Both the position numbers and the translations under genes were made by a program. Shown one piece after another: positions 60,397 to 64,000 of a stretch of DNA of 64,000 nt. This stretch comes from an uncultured Acidobacteriota bacterium (GTDB lineage Bacteria > Acidobacteriota > Vicinamibacteria > Vicinamibacterales > 2-12-FULL-66-21): positions 229,924-293,923 of the forward strand of contig CAVOHG010000009.1 in NCBI GenBank assembly GCA_963695655.1, written 5' to 3'. The notes below the pieces were generated by a model. That model was not told the origin of the DNA, ran no database searches, and was given only the letters and a program-made list of their open reading frames with translations. Each line of letters begins with the position of its first letter. Position 1 is the stretch's first letter.

Positions 60397-60515
60397 TCAG
60401 CTTCCAGCTTCCGGCCTCAGCTCACAGCTTTCAGCTCTCAGTCTTCAGTTCTCAGCAATCATTTCCAGCTGCTAGCTGGCAGCTGGTAGCTTGCTGCTGT
60501 CAACTCTCAGCTTCA
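60397..60515. repeat. Heptamer tracts (AGCTNNC), partly fold-back
   Basis: About 16 degenerate 7-mers filling the gltX-rlmB spacer and overlapping the gltX 3' end. Confidence 0.85.
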
Positions 60516-62003
60516 ACCTGTTTTGCGAATGCCTGCGCTCGCTCGAACGAACTGACGATCGGGGCAACCCCGGCCTCAGTCGGCAGGCTCGCGCCGCGGT
60601 CGATGGCGGGGACGGCAAGGTCCAGCTCAGGGCCGCCCGCCTGGCCCGTGAGCGCGATGCGAATCGGGTGGAAGAGCGACTTGCCCTTCTGCCCCGTTCG
60701 CTGCTTCACACGCGCGGCGGCGGCGCGGAAGGTTTCGCGATCGAGCGGGACCGGCTTCCGCGAGTTCGAGCGGCAGCGCCTCTATCACCGACCGCGCACC
60801 TGGCTCGTGCAGGACTCCCGCGACGTCCTCGCGCGCCAGCGACGCCGCCGGGTCGAATTCGAACAGGAACTTGAGCCGGTCAGGAATCTCCTCGAGCCTG
60901 TCCACCGATCCCACCGCCATCGGCAGCGCCGAGATCAGATACTCCATCGCCTCGTCCGTCCGCCGACGAATGTACCCGCGCTTGAGGAAGTAGCGCACAC
61001 TCTCGGCAGCGAGCCGTGTCGAAGAGGCTTCCTTCATGTAGTGGCGGTTCATCCACCCGAGCTTCTCCTGGTCGAAGATGCCGGCACTGTGTCCGACATT
61101 CTCGAGCGCGAACCGGCGTGCCAGTTCCTCGATCGGCAGCAGTTCCTGTCCGCCTCCCGGCGACCAGCCGATGAGCGCGAGATAATTCACCAGCGCTTCG
61201 GGCAGGTAACCTCGCTCGCGGAACTCCGCCACCGATGTCGCACCATGGCGCTTCGAGAGCGGCGTGTGATCCGGTCCCATCACCAGTGACAGGTGCGCAA
61301 ACTCGGGCTGCGTGAAGCCGAGTGCCTGGTAGAGCAGCACCTGCCGCGGCGTATTCGAAATGTGGTCCTCGCCACGGATCACGTGCGTGATCTCCATCAC
61401 CGCATCGTCGACCACCACGGCAAAGTTGTACGCCGGGCGGCCGTCGGAGCGAACCAGCACCGGATCCCCAATCACGTCGCTGCTGAACGAGACTTCGCCG
61501 CGTACCAGATCCTGGAAGCTGACCTCGACGTTCTCGGGCACGGCGAAGCGGATGACCGGGCGTTCGCCTGCGGCGATGCGGTCGTGCGCCTCGTCTGGAG
61601 GTATGTTGCGGCAGGTGCCGTGGTACTTCGGCGGACGGCCGGCGGCCAGATCGCCTTTGCGATCGTCCTCGAGCTTCCCCGGAGAACAGAAACAGTAGTA
61701 GGCGTGCTCCCCGGCAATCAGCTCGTTCGCATACGACGCATACAGATGCACCCGCTCGGACTGTCGATAGGGCCCGTGCAGCCCCCCGACATCCGGGCCC
61801 TCGTCCCAGTCGAGGCCCAGCCACCGCAAGTCCTCGAGGATGCTCGCCTCCGACTCACGAGTCGACCGCTCCGAGTCGGTGTCCTCGATGCGGAGGATGA
61901 AGGTGCCGTCCTTGCCGTGCGCAAGCAGCCAGTTGAAAAGTGCCGTACGAGCATTGCCGACGTGCAGCTGACCCGTCGGACTCGGGGCGAATCGAACTCT
62001 CAT
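60500..62003 (-). CDS. gltX: Glutamate--tRNA ligase (apparent indel near 60745)
   Basis: RFAPSPTG.LHVGN, RIEDTD, RGEDH and LSKRHG motifs; C-terminal LFHPIRIALTG..GPEL in the next frame. Confidence 0.96.
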
Positions 62004-62088
62004 TCTCTTGCTCGCGCTCCGCACTCCCCGTGGACGCCGGTCACGATCGATGCTTCCCGGCCGATCGCCCGGCTCGTGGCGCGGCGCA

Positions 62089-63258
62089 TCAAACCACCCT
62101 CAGCAGTGCTACCGCATGCGCGGCGATGGCTTCTCCGCGACCGACGGCGTCGACCCCCTCGTTCGTCTTTCCCTTGACGCTCACCCGCGCGGCATCGATC
62201 CCGAGGGCCGCCGCCAGGCGACGCTCGATCTCGGGCACGTGCGCGGCAATCTTCGGCCGTTCCAGGATCACGGTCACGTCGACATTGACGATGTCGAACC
62301 CGACCGACCTCACGTGCCGAACCGATTGACTGAGTAGATGGATGCTCGAGGCGTCCTTCCACTGCGCGTCGGTGTCCGGATAGTGACGGCCGATGTCGCC
62401 CGCCCCGGCCGCCCCGAGGATGGCATCAGTGACGACGTGGCAGACGATGTCCGCATCGGAGTGGCCGAGAGCTCCCCGGTCACCCGGAATGAGCACTCCA
62501 GCCAGGAGCAGTGGGCGTCCCTCGACGAGACGATGGAGGTCGTAGCCGGTACCGGCGCGCATCACTCCTGCCCCACCCTGTTCGCCAGCCAATGCCCGTG
62601 ACATCACAAGATCGCTTTCCGTCGTCACTTTGAAATTCAGTGGATCGCCCTCTACCAGGCGAATCCTGCTGCCGGCGAGTTCTGCCAGCGCCGATTCATC
62701 GGTCGCAGCAGCACCGGAGCGCCCGAGCGCAACCGCTGACGCGAGAATGTCGCGGCGGAATGCCTGCGGCGTCTGGGCCAGGTAAATCTCTTCGCGCGGG
62801 AGCGTCTGCGCAATAAAGCGCCGCCCCCCGTCCGCAACCGCCTGCTTGACGGTGTCGCGCGCCGGCAGCGCCGCAATCGCGGCACCCGATTCGATCGCGG
62901 CATCGAGGGTGCGCTCGATCAGGGCGGGCGAGACGAACGGCCGCGCCGCGTCATGGACCATCACATATGCCGCGCCCGCGGCCACCCGATCGAACGCCGC
63001 CGCCACCGACTCCTGCCGGGTCGCTCCGCCAGGCACGACACTTGTCGCCCGGCCGCTGGTCGAAATCCTGCCCGCCACCGCGTCAACCGCGTCGGGACGG
63101 GTGACGACGACGATCTGGGTCACGCGATCGACCCGGCAGAACGCGTTCAGCGACCGTTGTAGCAGCGACACTCCCCCGATTTCGATGAACTGCTTCGGCA
63201 CTTCGGACGCGACCCGGCGACCGTCGCCCGCTGCCGCAATGATCGCGGTTACCTGCAT
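62089..63258 (-). CDS. ispDF: Bifunctional IspD/IspF
   Basis: AAAG.G.R, PKQF, VHDAARP and QTPQAF, fused to GYDLH, GHSDAD and VSVKGKT motifs. Confidence 0.95.
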   Translation of the reverse strand: MQVTAIIAAAGDGRRVASEVPKQFIEIGGVSLLQRSLNAFCRVDRVTQIVVVTRPDAVDAVAGRISTSGRATSVVPGGATRQESVAAAFDRVAAGAAYVMVHDAARPFVSPALIERTLDAAIESGAAIAALPARDTVKQAVADGGRRFIAQTLPREEIYLAQTPQAFRRDILASAVALGRSGAAATDESALAELAGSRIRLVEGDPLNFKVTTESDLVMSRALAGEQGGAGVMRAGTGYDLHRLVEGRPLLLAGVLIPGDRGALGHSDADIVCHVVTDAILGAAGAGDIGRHYPDTDAQWKDASSIHLLSQSVRHVRSVGFDIVNVDVTVILERPKIAAHVPEIERRLAAALGIDAARVSVKGKTNEGVDAVGRGEAIAAHAVALLRVV

Positions 63259-63303
63259 GGATGGCTGAAGGACTGGGACCGCAGCGTGCGGCCAAACAGT
63301 GCA

Positions 63304-64000
63304 TTATATCGCACGCGATCGGGCCCGCTGCCCCGATGGATCGCTCGACGCCTCTGCGGGCTCATCCACCAGGGGGCGCACCACCTCGCGAACGCGTTCG
63401 GCGAATTCGCGCGCCTGTTCCCGCGTCACACCCGTCGTCGACATCGGGGGATGCACGGTGAGCGTGACGCGTCCGGGGCAGACCATCAGCCGGCCTTTCC
63501 GCATGACGAACCTGCTGCCGGCGATACTGACAGGCACCACCGGCAGCGCCGCATCGATCGCGAGCAGGAACGTGCCGCCCTTGAACCGTCCGACCGCGCC
63601 GTCCACACTCCGCGTGCCCTCGGGAAAAACGATGAGCGAGCGGGCGGCGCTGACGAGGTGGGACATCCGTTTCAGAATGCCCGCTCCTGGATTGCGTCGG
63701 TCGACGAGCAGGTGACCGGTCCGGCGCAGGTGCCAGCCGAGAAAAGGAATTCGACCGAGCGAATCCTTGGCCACGATCCTGAGCTGGAGCGGCAGCGCCG
63801 TGAACACGATCGGGATGTCGTAAATGCTCTGGTGATTCGCCGCGAACACGTAGCTGCGACCGGGCTCGAGGTGGTCGAGGCCGACCACCCGTACGTGGAC
63901 GCCGCTCGTTTTCAGAATCAGCCACGCCCACGCGCGGGCACAACGATGTCCGAAGACGCCGGTCCGATCGAACAGCGTCGAAATCAGTGATGCCGTGCCG
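63304..64000 (-). CDS. plsC: 1-acyl-sn-glycerol-3-phosphate acyltransferase family (5' end outside the window)
   Basis: NHQSIYD and FPEGTRS motifs. Confidence 0.88.
   Translation of the reverse strand, partial: GTASLISTLFDRTGVFGHRCARAWAWLILKTSGVHVRVVGLDHLEPGRSYVFAANHQSIYDIPIVFTALPLQLRIVAKDSLGRIPFLGWHLRRTGHLLVDRRNPGAGILKRMSHLVSAARSLIVFPEGTRSVDGAVGRFKGGTFLLAIDAALPVVPVSIAGSRFVMRKGRLMVCPGRVTLTVHPPMSTTGVTREQAREFAERVREVVRPLVDEPAEASSDPSGQRARSRAI

Noticed and set aside
62089-63258. IspD-IspF fusion as a novelty
   Set aside because: Bifunctional IspDF is well known in many bacteria.

Overview
High-GC bacterial chromosomal window, most likely from an acidobacterium (inferred from the duplicated-MacB/ADOP permease, PQQ-like propellers and Cys-rich RpoB insert). 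Positions 1-44.7 kb are accessory genes: stress proteins, a REC-HD-GYP regulator with a degenerate kinase, two PQQ-like beta-propellers beside a cytochrome c-HhH protein and a YVTN propeller, two TonB-dependent receptors, phosphatases, a PqaA-FAD oxidoreductase fusion, a GMC oxidoreductase, myo-inositol oxygenase, a radical SAM protein, a kinase-BRCT fusion and many hydrolases. Positions 44.9-64 kb are the core minus-strand cluster plsC-ispDF-gltX-rlmB-tRNA(Thr,Tyr,Gly,Thr)-tuf-rpmG-tRNA-Trp-secE-nusG-rplKAJL-rpoBC. Single-base frameshifts interrupt many genes, including rpoB, rpoC, tuf and gltX, so the assembly carries indel errors and several gene boundaries are reconstructed by eye. The most notable signals are: (i) heptamer tandem-repeat tracts, often folded back as hairpins, that start at stop codons and fill most spacers of the core cluster; (ii) a GTAG-type REP family present as singlets, a doublet and tandem arrays; (iii) an RpoB insertion resembling the RpoC zinc-binding domain with a second zinc ribbon nested inside; (iv) the propeller/cytochrome c-HhH module. 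No CRISPR array, rRNA gene or transposase was found.
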